DNA of 64,000 bases, taken from the NCBI GenBank assembly GCA_038840695.1, contig JAWBVE010000001.1, positions 108,896-172,895 of the forward strand, given 5' to 3'. The notes below the pieces were generated by a model that worked only from the letters and a program-made list of their open reading frames with translations, did not search any database and was not told the DNA's origin. Origin of the DNA: Candidatus Pacearchaeota archaeon (lineage in GTDB: Archaea > Nanobdellota > Nanobdellia > Pacearchaeales > JAPDKA01). Below are positions 1 through 8,378 of the stretch, in pieces. The translations under genes were made by a program, and so were the position numbers. Each line of letters begins with the position of its first letter. The first letter of the stretch is position 1.

Positions 1-117
1 ATCAAGCTTATGCGCTCTCTCGAGTTCAGCCTCTGTGGGTGCTGTGGCTGTAAGCACTTCTTTTGGCTTGCTATTTTTAAGTTTGCTATTTTTGAGCTTT
101 CTATTTTTTTGTTCCAT
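1..117 (-). CDS. hypothetical protein, N-terminal 39 codons only (continues off the left edge)
   Basis: ATG at 117 on the minus strand, open to position 1 (MEQKNRKLKNSKLKNSKPKEVLTATAPTEAELERAHKLD...). A TATA-like GATTTTAAATATT lies about 25-30 nt upstream on the minus strand. Too short to assign. Confidence 0.25.
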   Translation of the reverse strand, partial: MEQKNRKLKNSKLKNSKPKEVLTATAPTEAELERAHKLD

Positions 118-137
118 TTTTTATGAAAGTTTTTTAA

Positions 138-149
138 TATTTAAAATCT
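138..149 (+). promoter_or_regulatory. TATA-box-like element upstream of tRNA-Arg
   Basis: TATTTAAAATCT is centred about 29 nt upstream of the tRNA 5' end (173). It matches the window-wide TTTAAA/TTTATAAA motif. Confidence 0.35.
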
Positions 150-172
150 TCTTCTTATAGCAGCTCTTGTGT

Positions 173-244
173 GGGCCCGTGGTGTAATGGATAACACGAA
201 CGGCTTCGGACCGTTTGATGGGGGTTCGAGTCCCCCCGGGCCCT
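173..244 (+). tRNA. tRNA-Arg (anticodon TCG)
   Basis: Hand-folded cloverleaf of 72 nt. Acceptor GGGCCCG/CGGGCCC, D stem GTGT/ACAC, anticodon stem AACGG/CCGTT with loop CTTCGGA, T arm GGGGG-TTCGAGT-CCCCC. No encoded CCA. Confidence 0.9.
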
Positions 245-293
245 TGCAATTTTAGCAAGCAATGTTAGCAAGCAATGCTTTGCGCATCGAGCA

Positions 294-830
294 TCAAGCA
301 ATCTCGAGCATTTTCTTTATTTTTTCTAGAACAATTTCAAAATTTTCTCTGCTGAGCCAAAAAATCTCGCCCCGCGTCTTAAACTCATTTACAAAAGCTC
401 TATGCAAAGAAGCCACGAGAATTTTATTTGGCATTTCAGACACTAGCTCAACAAAACTCTTAAACTTTTCACTATAAAATTCCATCCTTCCAATTTCATC
501 AATAAAGATTATTTGCTTATCCATAATAAGTTCAGAGGCCTTGTCAACAATTTCATCAACATTTTTGGGAAAAACAAAATATTTTCCGAACTTGATGCTT
601 GGCTTGCCGGGCTCGGCAATTTTTTTGTTTAATGCAAGAATTGTTTTAGTAATTAGTTTTCCACTATCAATTAACTTAAAATCAAAACCTTTTCTCTTGC
701 CTCTTTCTCTAATCTCCTCAGAAATTATTGCCAAATATTTTTTTCCTGCTTTCGTGCTCTCTTCGAGCAGCTTTTTTATTAGTGTTGTCTTGCCACAGCC
801 AGGAAGCCCTGTAATAAAAATTGCTTTCAT
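294..830 (-). CDS. P-loop nucleoside-triphosphatase, THEP1/COG1618-like
   Basis: 178-aa ORF. Walker A ITGLPGCGKTTL at the N-terminus and Walker-B-like IIFIDEIG. Size and layout match small archaeal NTPases. Confidence 0.7.
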   Translation of the reverse strand: MKAIFITGLPGCGKTTLIKKLLEESTKAGKKYLAIISEEIRERGKRKGFDFKLIDSGKLITKTILALNKKIAEPGKPSIKFGKYFVFPKNVDEIVDKASELIMDKQIIFIDEIGRMEFYSEKFKSFVELVSEMPNKILVASLHRAFVNEFKTRGEIFWLSRENFEIVLEKIKKMLEIA

Positions 831-850
831 TTAATTTAAAATCCTAAGTT

Positions 851-861
851 AAATTTTAAAG
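851..861 (+). promoter_or_regulatory. TATA-box-like element upstream of tRNA-Pro
   Basis: AAATTTTAAAG is centred about 28 nt upstream of the tRNA 5' end (884). Confidence 0.35.
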
Positions 862-883
862 TTTCTTGTTTTTAATTTTAATT

Positions 884-957
884 GGGGCTGTGGTCTAACT
901 TGGCTAGGATTCAAGCTTCGGGAGCTTGCGATCTGGGTTCGAATCCCAGCAGCCCCA
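884..957 (+). tRNA. tRNA-Pro (anticodon CGG)
   Basis: 74 nt. Acceptor GGGGCTG/CAGCCCC, anticodon stem CAAGC/GCTTG with loop TTCGGGA, T arm CTGGG-TTCGAAT-CCCAG. Confidence 0.9.
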
Positions 958-1008
958 CTCAAGCCCCCCCCCACTACTCAGCCTCGCTACTCCTTGCGAC
1001 TTCACTAA

Positions 1009-2235
1009 TTATTCATATCTTAATGCATCAACAGGATTGAGTTTTGCAGCATGTCTTGCAGGCATAATTCCAGAAATAATACCAACAAAAAAAGCAAATA
1101 AGAGCCCAAGCACAATTGCCTTAAAATCCAGAACAATTTTTAACATATAAAAGCCTGAGAGAATAGCAATGAATTCTATAAGCTTACTTCCGAATACCCC
1201 GATAACAATCCCTATTACACCTCCGACAAGACCAATGAGGCCAGATTCTATTATAAAAATTGTTAAAATATGATGATCTTTTGCACCAACAGCTTTCATA
1301 ATCCCTATTTGTTTTGTTCTTTCTAAGACACTAGTATACATCGTATTCATTATCCCTATGCCACCAACAACTAAAGAAATAGCTGCTATGCCCACAACAA
1401 CAAATTGAATTATAGCAATGATATTTGTGAAAACTTCAAGTAATTGTCTTGATGTTGTTACAGTAAATGTTTCTTCTCCTTCTTTTTCATTTCTTTCTTT
1501 TCTCAACTTTTCCCTTATTTTTTCAGCAACTTGTTCTAAATCTCTGCCTTCTTGCACTTCTACAAATATACTATCAATTCTTTCCCCAATACCATACACC
1601 TCTCGCAAACTCTCAACCGGAATAAAAATGCTTGCATCATGGCTCCTTTCTCCAGTCTTTTCCAAAGCCCCAACCACAACAAATTCTTTACCTTTTATCT
1701 TTATTTTATCCCTAATTTTAACTTTTCCAATTTTTTTATAAACCCCTTTTAGTAAATCATTGCCAATAAGCACTTCATATTTACTATCTAGTCTTAAATT
1801 CCTTCCTTCAACAATTTTGTATCCTCTCTCACCAAATATAAGATCAATATCTTCTGTAGAGAAACCATGAACAGTTGTGCCAAATTTTTCACCATTAATC
1901 TCAATCATATCAACTACCACCACTATCTCTAATGCTTTTTTAACTCCTGGAACTTTTTTAACAACTTCTAAATCATCCTTAGTTATCTCTTTTTCAGCAA
2001 AAAGTCCAGCAATAGGTAATGCAAATGCTTCTAATGATGGTCCCGGAGTTATAGACAGAGTATTAACCCCAAATCTTTCAAATTGCTCTTCTACAGATGC
2101 CTTTAATCCTTTACTAACAAGCATTAAAGCAACGATAGCAGCTACACCAATTATAATACCTAGGATTGTTAGCCAACTTCTCAATTTTCTAGCCTTCAAA
2201 TTGTTTAAGGAAAATAAAAATAATTTGCTTATCAT
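1009..2235 (-). CDS. ABC transporter permease, MacB/FtsX family
   Basis: 408 aa. N-terminal TM helix, large extracytoplasmic MacB-type core domain and a C-terminal FtsX-like three-TM bundle. Lies directly downstream of the matching ATPase gene. Confidence 0.8.
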   Translation of the reverse strand: MISKLFLFSLNNLKARKLRSWLTILGIIIGVAAIVALMLVSKGLKASVEEQFERFGVNTLSITPGPSLEAFALPIAGLFAEKEITKDDLEVVKKVPGVKKALEIVVVVDMIEINGEKFGTTVHGFSTEDIDLIFGERGYKIVEGRNLRLDSKYEVLIGNDLLKGVYKKIGKVKIRDKIKIKGKEFVVVGALEKTGERSHDASIFIPVESLREVYGIGERIDSIFVEVQEGRDLEQVAEKIREKLRKERNEKEGEETFTVTTSRQLLEVFTNIIAIIQFVVVGIAAISLVVGGIGIMNTMYTSVLERTKQIGIMKAVGAKDHHILTIFIIESGLIGLVGGVIGIVIGVFGSKLIEFIAILSGFYMLKIVLDFKAIVLGLLFAFFVGIISGIMPARHAAKLNPVDALRYE

Positions 2236-2263
2236 TTTTATTCTATTTGTTCATTTTATTCTT

Positions 2264-2995
2264 TCAGCTTTTTCTTCTATTTAGCTCCCATAAAAATTTT
2301 TTTGCCATTACATGATCTTTCATTACAGTTCCATCCCTTATGTTAAGAAATCTTTTTGCATAACTAGCTATTAAAGGATCGTGGGTAACTACAATTACTG
2401 TTTTGCCATGCTCTTTGTGTAGCCTAACTAAGATTTCCATTATTTGCTTTCCTGTATTGCTATCTAGGTTTCCTGTGGGCTCATCAGCAAGGATAATTTC
2501 CGGGTTATTTATTAATGCTCTAGCAATAGCAACTCTTTGTTGCTCGCCACCAGACATTTCAGTTGGTCTATGCTTCTCTCTCCCTTTTAAACCAACGAGT
2601 TCTAGTAATTTGATTGCCTTTTCCTTCGAATTATCTTTATTATCACTAAATAAGACAGGAAGATAGACATTTTCCAAAGCATTTAATTGAGGTATAAGAT
2701 TAAACTGTTGGAATATGAAACCGATTTTTTTGTTCCTTATTTCAGCAAGTTGATTAGAACTTAATTTTGTTACATCAACTCCATTAAAAAATAATTTACC
2801 TTTTGTCGGGACGTCGAGCAACCCTAGCAAATGCAAAAGCGTAGATTTACCAGAACCACTAGGACCGATTATAGCTATAAAATCTTTTTTTGCTATAGAA
2901 ATGCTTACATTGCGTAGGGCATAAACTTTGCTCTTCCCTAAAATATATATCTTCCACACATTTTCTAATCTTATCACTTCCTTACTTTCATTCAT
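2264..2995 (-). CDS. ABC transporter ATP-binding protein (MacB/LolD, COG1136 type)
   Basis: 243 aa. Walker A GPSGSGKST, signature MSGGEQQRVAIARAL, Walker B ILADEPTGNLD, H-loop VTHD. Overlaps the upstream gene by 4 nt. Confidence 0.9.
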   Translation of the reverse strand: MNESKEVIRLENVWKIYILGKSKVYALRNVSISIAKKDFIAIIGPSGSGKSTLLHLLGLLDVPTKGKLFFNGVDVTKLSSNQLAEIRNKKIGFIFQQFNLIPQLNALENVYLPVLFSDNKDNSKEKAIKLLELVGLKGREKHRPTEMSGGEQQRVAIARALINNPEIILADEPTGNLDSNTGKQIMEILVRLHKEHGKTVIVVTHDPLIASYAKRFLNIRDGTVMKDHVMAKKFLWELNRRKS

Positions 2996-4185
2996 CTCTT
3001 ATCAGTTTTCTTCCTTTTTTTATATCTGTAATAATATAAAGCACCAACTATGACGAGAATTAAAACAATAAAAGGCCAATAATTTGTTTTTGCTTCATTT
3101 CTTACCTTACTTTTATCTAAAGTAACGTTAACATAATCTTTGTATTGCTTGTTTAACATATCACTATAAGTTATTTCAAGAGGAATTATAACTTTGCTTT
3201 TTCTTAAGCTTGCATAAAAGCTTTCAATAGCATAATCATCAGAATCTAGATCACCAATATATATCTCTTGATTACCTTTAAGTTTAAAACCTTCACCATC
3301 TAAAATTTTAACATTAAAAAATTTCAAATCGGCATTTCCATTATTTACAAACTTTAACTTTATTTCACCTTTAGAAGCTATCGCATCGACAATAACATAA
3401 TATTTAGGGTCTTCATTTATTTTTATACTTGCAAAAGTACTAAAAGCTTGCTTGTTTCCGCTTGAGTCAGTATAATTTATCGTTAAAGGTATTTTATATA
3501 TTCCTTGCTTAGCATTAGGCAATGTTAAAATATCAAAGATAACATCTGAAACCTGGCCCTTAGTTATGCTCTTGATTTTCTTTATTGTTGTTCCTTTAGC
3601 AGGAACTATAGGAGTATCAGTAATGTCTATTTCAACAAGAACATCATTAATTATATTTTCTGCATTATTTGAAATGCTTACCACTAGTTTTCCTTGCTGC
3701 CCTATTCCTAAGATATCTGGTTCTGTTTTTATATCAATCACATTTACTATTGCATACCTTTGTTGAATTCTGATTGGTATTTCTTTCACTATCCAAGCAT
3801 CTTTTTTAGGATTATCTGTACATTGCAATTTTAAATTCTCAAGCCCTTCAATAGCATTTTCGTCTACTTTAATATAAAAATCAATAAGGAATTCACGACC
3901 ACCGGCAAGCCTACCAATCGATTTTTCACTTTCACTATATGCGGAGAATGGAAACTTACTAACAATCTTACATGTTACATTTTCAGCCACCTCACTCCCA
4001 ACATTTTTAACAAGAAACCATATTCGGAACTTTTCTCCAGGCTCGACAGGAAATGGCTCATATTTTAAAGTTTTTATATCGACGCTGGCAATATTTTTTG
4101 CATAATTGATCGGGAAATTTTCTTCATAAGCATAAGCAAAGCTAATAATAATAAAGAATACAAAAGCCAAAAAAGCCTTTTTCAT
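2992..4185 (-). CDS. secreted, C-terminally anchored beta-rich protein (COG1361/CARDB-like) coupled to the ABC transporter
   Basis: The ORF runs to 4254, but the internal Met at 4185 starts a signal-like MKKAFLAFVFFIIISFAYA. C-terminal TM WPFIVLILVIVGALYYY plus a basic tail. The 4-nt overlap with the ATPase gene suggests one operon. Confidence 0.5.
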   Translation of the reverse strand: MKKAFLAFVFFIIISFAYAYEENFPINYAKNIASVDIKTLKYEPFPVEPGEKFRIWFLVKNVGSEVAENVTCKIVSKFPFSAYSESEKSIGRLAGGREFLIDFYIKVDENAIEGLENLKLQCTDNPKKDAWIVKEIPIRIQQRYAIVNVIDIKTEPDILGIGQQGKLVVSISNNAENIINDVLVEIDITDTPIVPAKGTTIKKIKSITKGQVSDVIFDILTLPNAKQGIYKIPLTINYTDSSGNKQAFSTFASIKINEDPKYYVIVDAIASKGEIKLKFVNNGNADLKFFNVKILDGEGFKLKGNQEIYIGDLDSDDYAIESFYASLRKSKVIIPLEITYSDMLNKQYKDYVNVTLDKSKVRNEAKTNYWPFIVLILVIVGALYYYRYKKRKKTDKR

Positions 4186-4500
4186 TTTTATCCTATTTTT
4201 CCATTTTTCTGCTTTACCTCTTTTATTTTGTAATAAAAAATTACAAAAGAACAATTTAAAAAAGTTTTCTATAGAAAATTTTTGGCATTATTTGGCATTA
4301 TTTTGGCACAAGATAAATGAAAAATTCTTGTTGTTTTGAAGATTTGCCCTTTAATTGTGAAGCAATTAAGCCTCTCATCTCATGTCCATTCTTTGATGCC
4401 CAATTTGCGACATTCTTAGCAATTTCAAAACATTTTCCGAAGGGGGACTTATATATAAATCTTTCCCCCTAAAGGAAACTAGCACTATTAGGCGCAAATG

Positions 4501-4515
4501 AAAAACTTTATAAAT
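4501..4515 (+). promoter_or_regulatory. BRE/TATA-like promoter (AAAAACTTTATAAAT)
   Basis: The TATA core TTTATAAA (4507..4514) is centred about 26 nt upstream of the ATG at 4537. This implies a leaderless or near-leaderless mRNA. Confidence 0.45.
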
Positions 4516-4536
4516 TCATAGTCACTCAAAAGTAGT

Positions 4537-5769
4537 ATGGCAAAATCTCGAAGCTATGGCTATGACCTTGAAGCACGCATAGCCCAAGCACTGCGAGAGT
4601 GTGGGCTAGGAGAAAAAGAAATTAAGCAAGTTGCAGGCAAAATTAAAACTTATGTTGAATTTATCGGTCCTCTTAAAGCAGATTCTTCCTTTTGGAATTT
4701 TAGAAGCAAATTAGAAAAAGTAGTTGAGGCTTTTTCTGATGAAGACCTAACATATGACGAATACCTTCAAGCCGCACTTGAGCAGCCACAGCTATTTTAC
4801 CAATCTCCAGACACAATCGAATCCAACATCAGAGACCTAGTTAGAAGATTCGAACCAGAAGGACTTACAGTTAAAGCTTATCTTAAAGCCGCACTTGAGA
4901 AGCCACAGCTATTTTGCCAATCTCCAGACACAATCGAATTCAACATCAGAGATCTAGTTAGAAGATTCGAACCAGAAGGACTTACAGTTAAAGCTTATCT
5001 TCAAGCCGCACTTGAGCAGCCACAGCTATTTTACCGATCTCCAGACACAATCGAATTCAACATCAGAGATCTAGTTAGAAGATTCGAACCAGAAGGACTT
5101 ACAACTAAACCTTATCTTAAAGCCGCACTTAAGCGGCCACAGCTATTTTACCGATCTCCGGACACAATCGAATTCAACATCAGAGACCTAGTTAGAAGAT
5201 TCGAACCAGAAGGACTTACAACTAAACCTTATCTTAAAGCCGCACTTAAGCGGCCACAGCTATTTTGCCTATCTCCAGACACAATCGAATCCAACATCAG
5301 AAATCTAGTTAGAAGATTCGAACCAGAAGGACTTACAACTAAAGCTTATCTTAAAGCCGCACTTAAGCAGCCACAGCTATTTTGCCAATCTCCAGACACA
5401 ATAGAGCAACATATTCACTTTGTGCAAGAACTTGAGAAAAGAGGAGTTATAAAAATTCCTAGCAAATATGGCTCAGTTCTAGAATGGTTACTTGCAAACC
5501 CAAAATATATGGCTTATGGCAGTGATCATTACAGACTAAAATTTTATTATGCAAAATTACTTGATAAACCGGCTGCGCTAAAAAATCTTAAAATGCCGAA
5601 GAAAAAAGTTATCTCTGAACTTGAGCAAGCTTTTGGGAGCATACACAGAGTGGAAAAAGGGAAAACCCTAATAGATTTTGAGAAATTGCATTCATTATAT
5701 ATAGAAAAATATAACAAGAGCCCTGCAGAAGGAGCATATCATGCTTATCTGTGGAATGAAAACACATAA
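4537..5769 (+). CDS. tandem 39-aa repeat protein, mTERF-like helical repeats (putative nucleic-acid binder)
   Basis: 410 aa. About six consecutive repeats of EGLTxKxYLxAALxxPQLFxxSPDTIExNIRxLVRRFEP, flanked by unique N- and C-terminal regions that contain degenerate copies of the same motif. Confidence 0.6.
   Translation: MAKSRSYGYDLEARIAQALRECGLGEKEIKQVAGKIKTYVEFIGPLKADSSFWNFRSKLEKVVEAFSDEDLTYDEYLQAALEQPQLFYQSPDTIESNIRDLVRRFEPEGLTVKAYLKAALEKPQLFCQSPDTIEFNIRDLVRRFEPEGLTVKAYLQAALEQPQLFYRSPDTIEFNIRDLVRRFEPEGLTTKPYLKAALKRPQLFYRSPDTIEFNIRDLVRRFEPEGLTTKPYLKAALKRPQLFCLSPDTIESNIRNLVRRFEPEGLTTKAYLKAALKQPQLFCQSPDTIEQHIHFVQELEKRGVIKIPSKYGSVLEWLLANPKYMAYGSDHYRLKFYYAKLLDKPAALKNLKMPKKKVISELEQAFGSIHRVEKGKTLIDFEKLHSLYIEKYNKSPAEGAYHAYLWNENT
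4741..5400 (+). repeat. 117-bp tandem repeat, about 5.6 copies, inside the CDS
   Basis: Units start at 4741, 4858, 4975, 5092, 5209 and 5326. Neighbouring units differ by only 4-8 nt. Confidence 0.95.
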
Positions 5770-5859
5770 AAAAAATTAGAAAAGTTTCAGTGCGAAAGCC
5801 TGTGCTATGTGCAGAGTAGCAGGGCCACGCGAGCTAAATGCAGGAATAAGAGATTGGCA

Positions 5860-5873
5860 AGATTTTTAAAAAC
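5860..5873 (+). promoter_or_regulatory. TATA-like promoter upstream of thrS
   Basis: AGATTTTTAAAAAC is centred about 24 nt upstream of the ATG at 5891. Confidence 0.4.
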
Positions 5874-5890
5874 TAAATTCATGCTTTTTC

Positions 5891-7825
5891 ATGAGGGCAT
5901 TATTTTTGCATTGCAATAGCCTTTATTTTAAGCCTTTGACTAAAGCTATTGCAAGCGCAGAGCCAATAGAGGAAAAGTTAAAAAAAGAGGGTGAGAAGGT
6001 TAAGGAAGCGCTTGTTGCATTTGTCGCTATCGAAGCTGGAGATGATGAAAGTTGTGTTGAGCAGCTTATCGATGAAATAATAAAGGTTGGGAAGCAAGTT
6101 AAGGCGAAGTGTTATGTTGTTTATCCTTATGTTCATCTCAGCTCAAATCCGTCAAGGCCTGAGCTGGCTTTGCAACTTTTGAAAAGTATTGAGGCAGGGC
6201 TAAAGAAAAAAAAGCTAAAAGTTGTGAGGGCACCTTTTGGCTGGTATAAAGAGTTTGATATTAATGTTAAGGGCCATCCTCTTTCAGAGCTAAGCAGGGA
6301 GATAAAGCCTAAGATAAAGCCGAGAGAGGAGAAAATTAGAGCAGAGGAGAAGGCTGGGGAGAAAGAGGAAATAAGCAAGGCGCTTGAGGCAGAGAAAAAA
6401 GCAAGCAGTGATTGGTTTATCCTTGATTTAGATGGAAATTTACATAGGATAAAGTTGAAGGGTGAAGAGCTTGTTGGTTTTGATTTTGCTGGCTATGAAA
6501 AGCTTGAGAAGTTTGCAAGATATGAAATGAAAAAAATAAGAGCAGTTCAACAAGAGCCACCACATGTTAAATATATGCGTGCTCTTGAGCTTGTTGATTA
6601 TGAAAGCGCAAGTGATCCTGGCCACTTTAGATTTTATCCTAAGGGAAGACTAATCAAAGCCTTGCTTGAGCAATATGTAACAAGTCAAATGCAAGAATAT
6701 GGTGCTCTCGAAGTTGAGACACCAATTATGTATGACTTCGAGCATCCAGCTTTGAAAGCTTATCTCCATAAGTTTCCTGCAAGGCAATATGCTATCATAA
6801 CACCAAACAAAAAGGTCTTTCTGAGATTTGCTGCATGCTTTGGCCAATTCATTATGGCAAGCCATATGGGTATAAGCTATAAGGACTTGCCGCTAAAACT
6901 CTATGAGCTAACTAGATATAGCTTTAGAGTTGAGCAAAGAGGAGAGCTTGTAGGTTTAAGGCGCTTACGAGCTTTTACAATGCCTGATTGTCATGCATTA
7001 TGCAAGGATCTTGAGCAAGCAAAAGAAGAAATGAGAATAAGGTTTGCACTAGCTAAAAAAATTTTGAGTGAAATTGGTTTTGATGTAAGCAAGGATTTTG
7101 AGCTTGGGATTAGACTTACAAAGGATTTCTGGGAAAGCAATGCTGATTTTGTTAAAGAACTTGTTAGAGCTTTTGGAAAGCCTGCATTGATTGAGATGTG
7201 GTCTTCTCAGTATTTTTACTTTATCTTAAAATATGAGCTCAATTTTGTTGATGCTCTAGATAAAGCCTCCGCTCTGGCCACAGATCAAATTGATACAGGA
7301 AATGCCAAAAACTATGGCATAACTTTTATTGATAGCGATAATAAAAAGAAATATCCAATCATATTGCATTTCTCGCCGAGTGGGAGTTTAGAGCGAGTAA
7401 TGTATGCTTTGCTTGAGAAAGCTTATATGGATGAAAAGCTAGGCCAAAAGCCGAGCCTCCCTTTCTGGCTTGCTCCAATACAGGCAAGGCTAATTCCTGT
7501 TAGCGAAAAATATGTTGAAGAAGCTATAGATATAGCGAATGACTTAAATGTCCATTCAGAGCTTAGAGTTGATGTTGATGATCGCGATTTGCATGTAAGT
7601 AAAAAAATTCTAGAAGCTGAAAAAGAGTGGATACCTTATATTATTGTTATAGGCAAAAAAGAACTTGAAAATGGCATTTTTACTGTTAGAATAAGAAAGA
7701 GCGGAGAAATAAAAGAGCTCAAGCCCAGCGAGTTTAGAGAGATAGTGAAGAAGGAGCAAGGCAAAATGCCTTTCAGGCCTCTTCCGCTTCCGATGCTCCT
7801 AAGCAAGAGACCAAACTTTGTATGA
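5891..7825 (+). CDS. thrS: threonyl-tRNA synthetase, archaeal type with N-terminal editing domain
   Basis: 644 aa. N-terminus MRALFLHCNSLYFKP resembles the archaeal ThrRS editing domain. Class II core (FRVEQRGELVGLRRLRAFTMPD) and a C-terminal anticodon-binding region (APIQARLIPVSEKY). A K/E-rich linker joins the domains. Confidence 0.9.
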   Translation: MRALFLHCNSLYFKPLTKAIASAEPIEEKLKKEGEKVKEALVAFVAIEAGDDESCVEQLIDEIIKVGKQVKAKCYVVYPYVHLSSNPSRPELALQLLKSIEAGLKKKKLKVVRAPFGWYKEFDINVKGHPLSELSREIKPKIKPREEKIRAEEKAGEKEEISKALEAEKKASSDWFILDLDGNLHRIKLKGEELVGFDFAGYEKLEKFARYEMKKIRAVQQEPPHVKYMRALELVDYESASDPGHFRFYPKGRLIKALLEQYVTSQMQEYGALEVETPIMYDFEHPALKAYLHKFPARQYAIITPNKKVFLRFAACFGQFIMASHMGISYKDLPLKLYELTRYSFRVEQRGELVGLRRLRAFTMPDCHALCKDLEQAKEEMRIRFALAKKILSEIGFDVSKDFELGIRLTKDFWESNADFVKELVRAFGKPALIEMWSSQYFYFILKYELNFVDALDKASALATDQIDTGNAKNYGITFIDSDNKKKYPIILHFSPSGSLERVMYALLEKAYMDEKLGQKPSLPFWLAPIQARLIPVSEKYVEEAIDIANDLNVHSELRVDVDDRDLHVSKKILEAEKEWIPYIIVIGKKELENGIFTVRIRKSGEIKELKPSEFREIVKKEQGKMPFRPLPLPMLLSKRPNFV

Positions 7826-7844
7826 TTCAAACTTTACATGATTT

Positions 7845-8321
7845 ATGATAAAAGAAAAATTTAATGAACTAAAGAAAAGCCAGGTATTTAAAAGAAAAGC
7901 TTTAAGTAATAGCTTGGGGCATCTTTTTCTTGTCTTTTGCATAACTGACTCAAGCTTCCAGCTAGAACAAATTGATTTTAGTTTTGGTAAACTTGATAGA
8001 AGAGGAAAATTTAATATAAAGTGTTTTTCACTTAAAGAAGGAAAGTGGCATTATAAAGAAAGCATCGAAGAAAAGCATTTCTTGCCGTTAAAGTTAGGCA
8101 AAGTAAAAGATGCGAAAGCTCTATTGCCAAAATTAAAGGAATTATGTGATAAGAGCGGAAAATTCATCTTTATTTTAATGAATGAAGATGGCAAGGAGAT
8201 ATATAGCATAACATGCCTTTCAGATTTTTTTATACACAAGCTTAAATTTGATGCAAAAAGCTTAGAATTACTTGATAAAAAGCAATACAGTATCTCAGAG
8301 CTTTTCATAATCAAAAAATAA
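7845..8321 (+). CDS. hypothetical protein
   Basis: 158-aa ORF beginning 20 nt after thrS. No recognisable motifs. Confidence 0.4.
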   Translation: MIKEKFNELKKSQVFKRKALSNSLGHLFLVFCITDSSFQLEQIDFSFGKLDRRGKFNIKCFSLKEGKWHYKESIEEKHFLPLKLGKVKDAKALLPKLKELCDKSGKFIFILMNEDGKEIYSITCLSDFFIHKLKFDAKSLELLDKKQYSISELFIIKK

Positions 8322-8378
8322 CATCAAAAGCTATTAATAAAATCAAAAAAAATTAAAACTCTTAAGTTATTATTTTTT

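Noticed and set aside
4317-4472. 51-codon Cys-containing ORF in the divergent intergenic region upstream of the repeat protein
   Set aside because: No promoter-like element at the right distance and no recognisable motif. It overlaps the G/C hairpin and is indistinguishable from a chance ORF.
4741-5400. CRISPR array or diversity-generating retroelement (TR/VR) as an explanation for the tandem repeats and the duplicated adhesin modules
   Set aside because: The repeats are contiguous, in-frame coding units without spacers. No cas or reverse-transcriptase gene is in the window. The differences between copies are not restricted to adenine positions.
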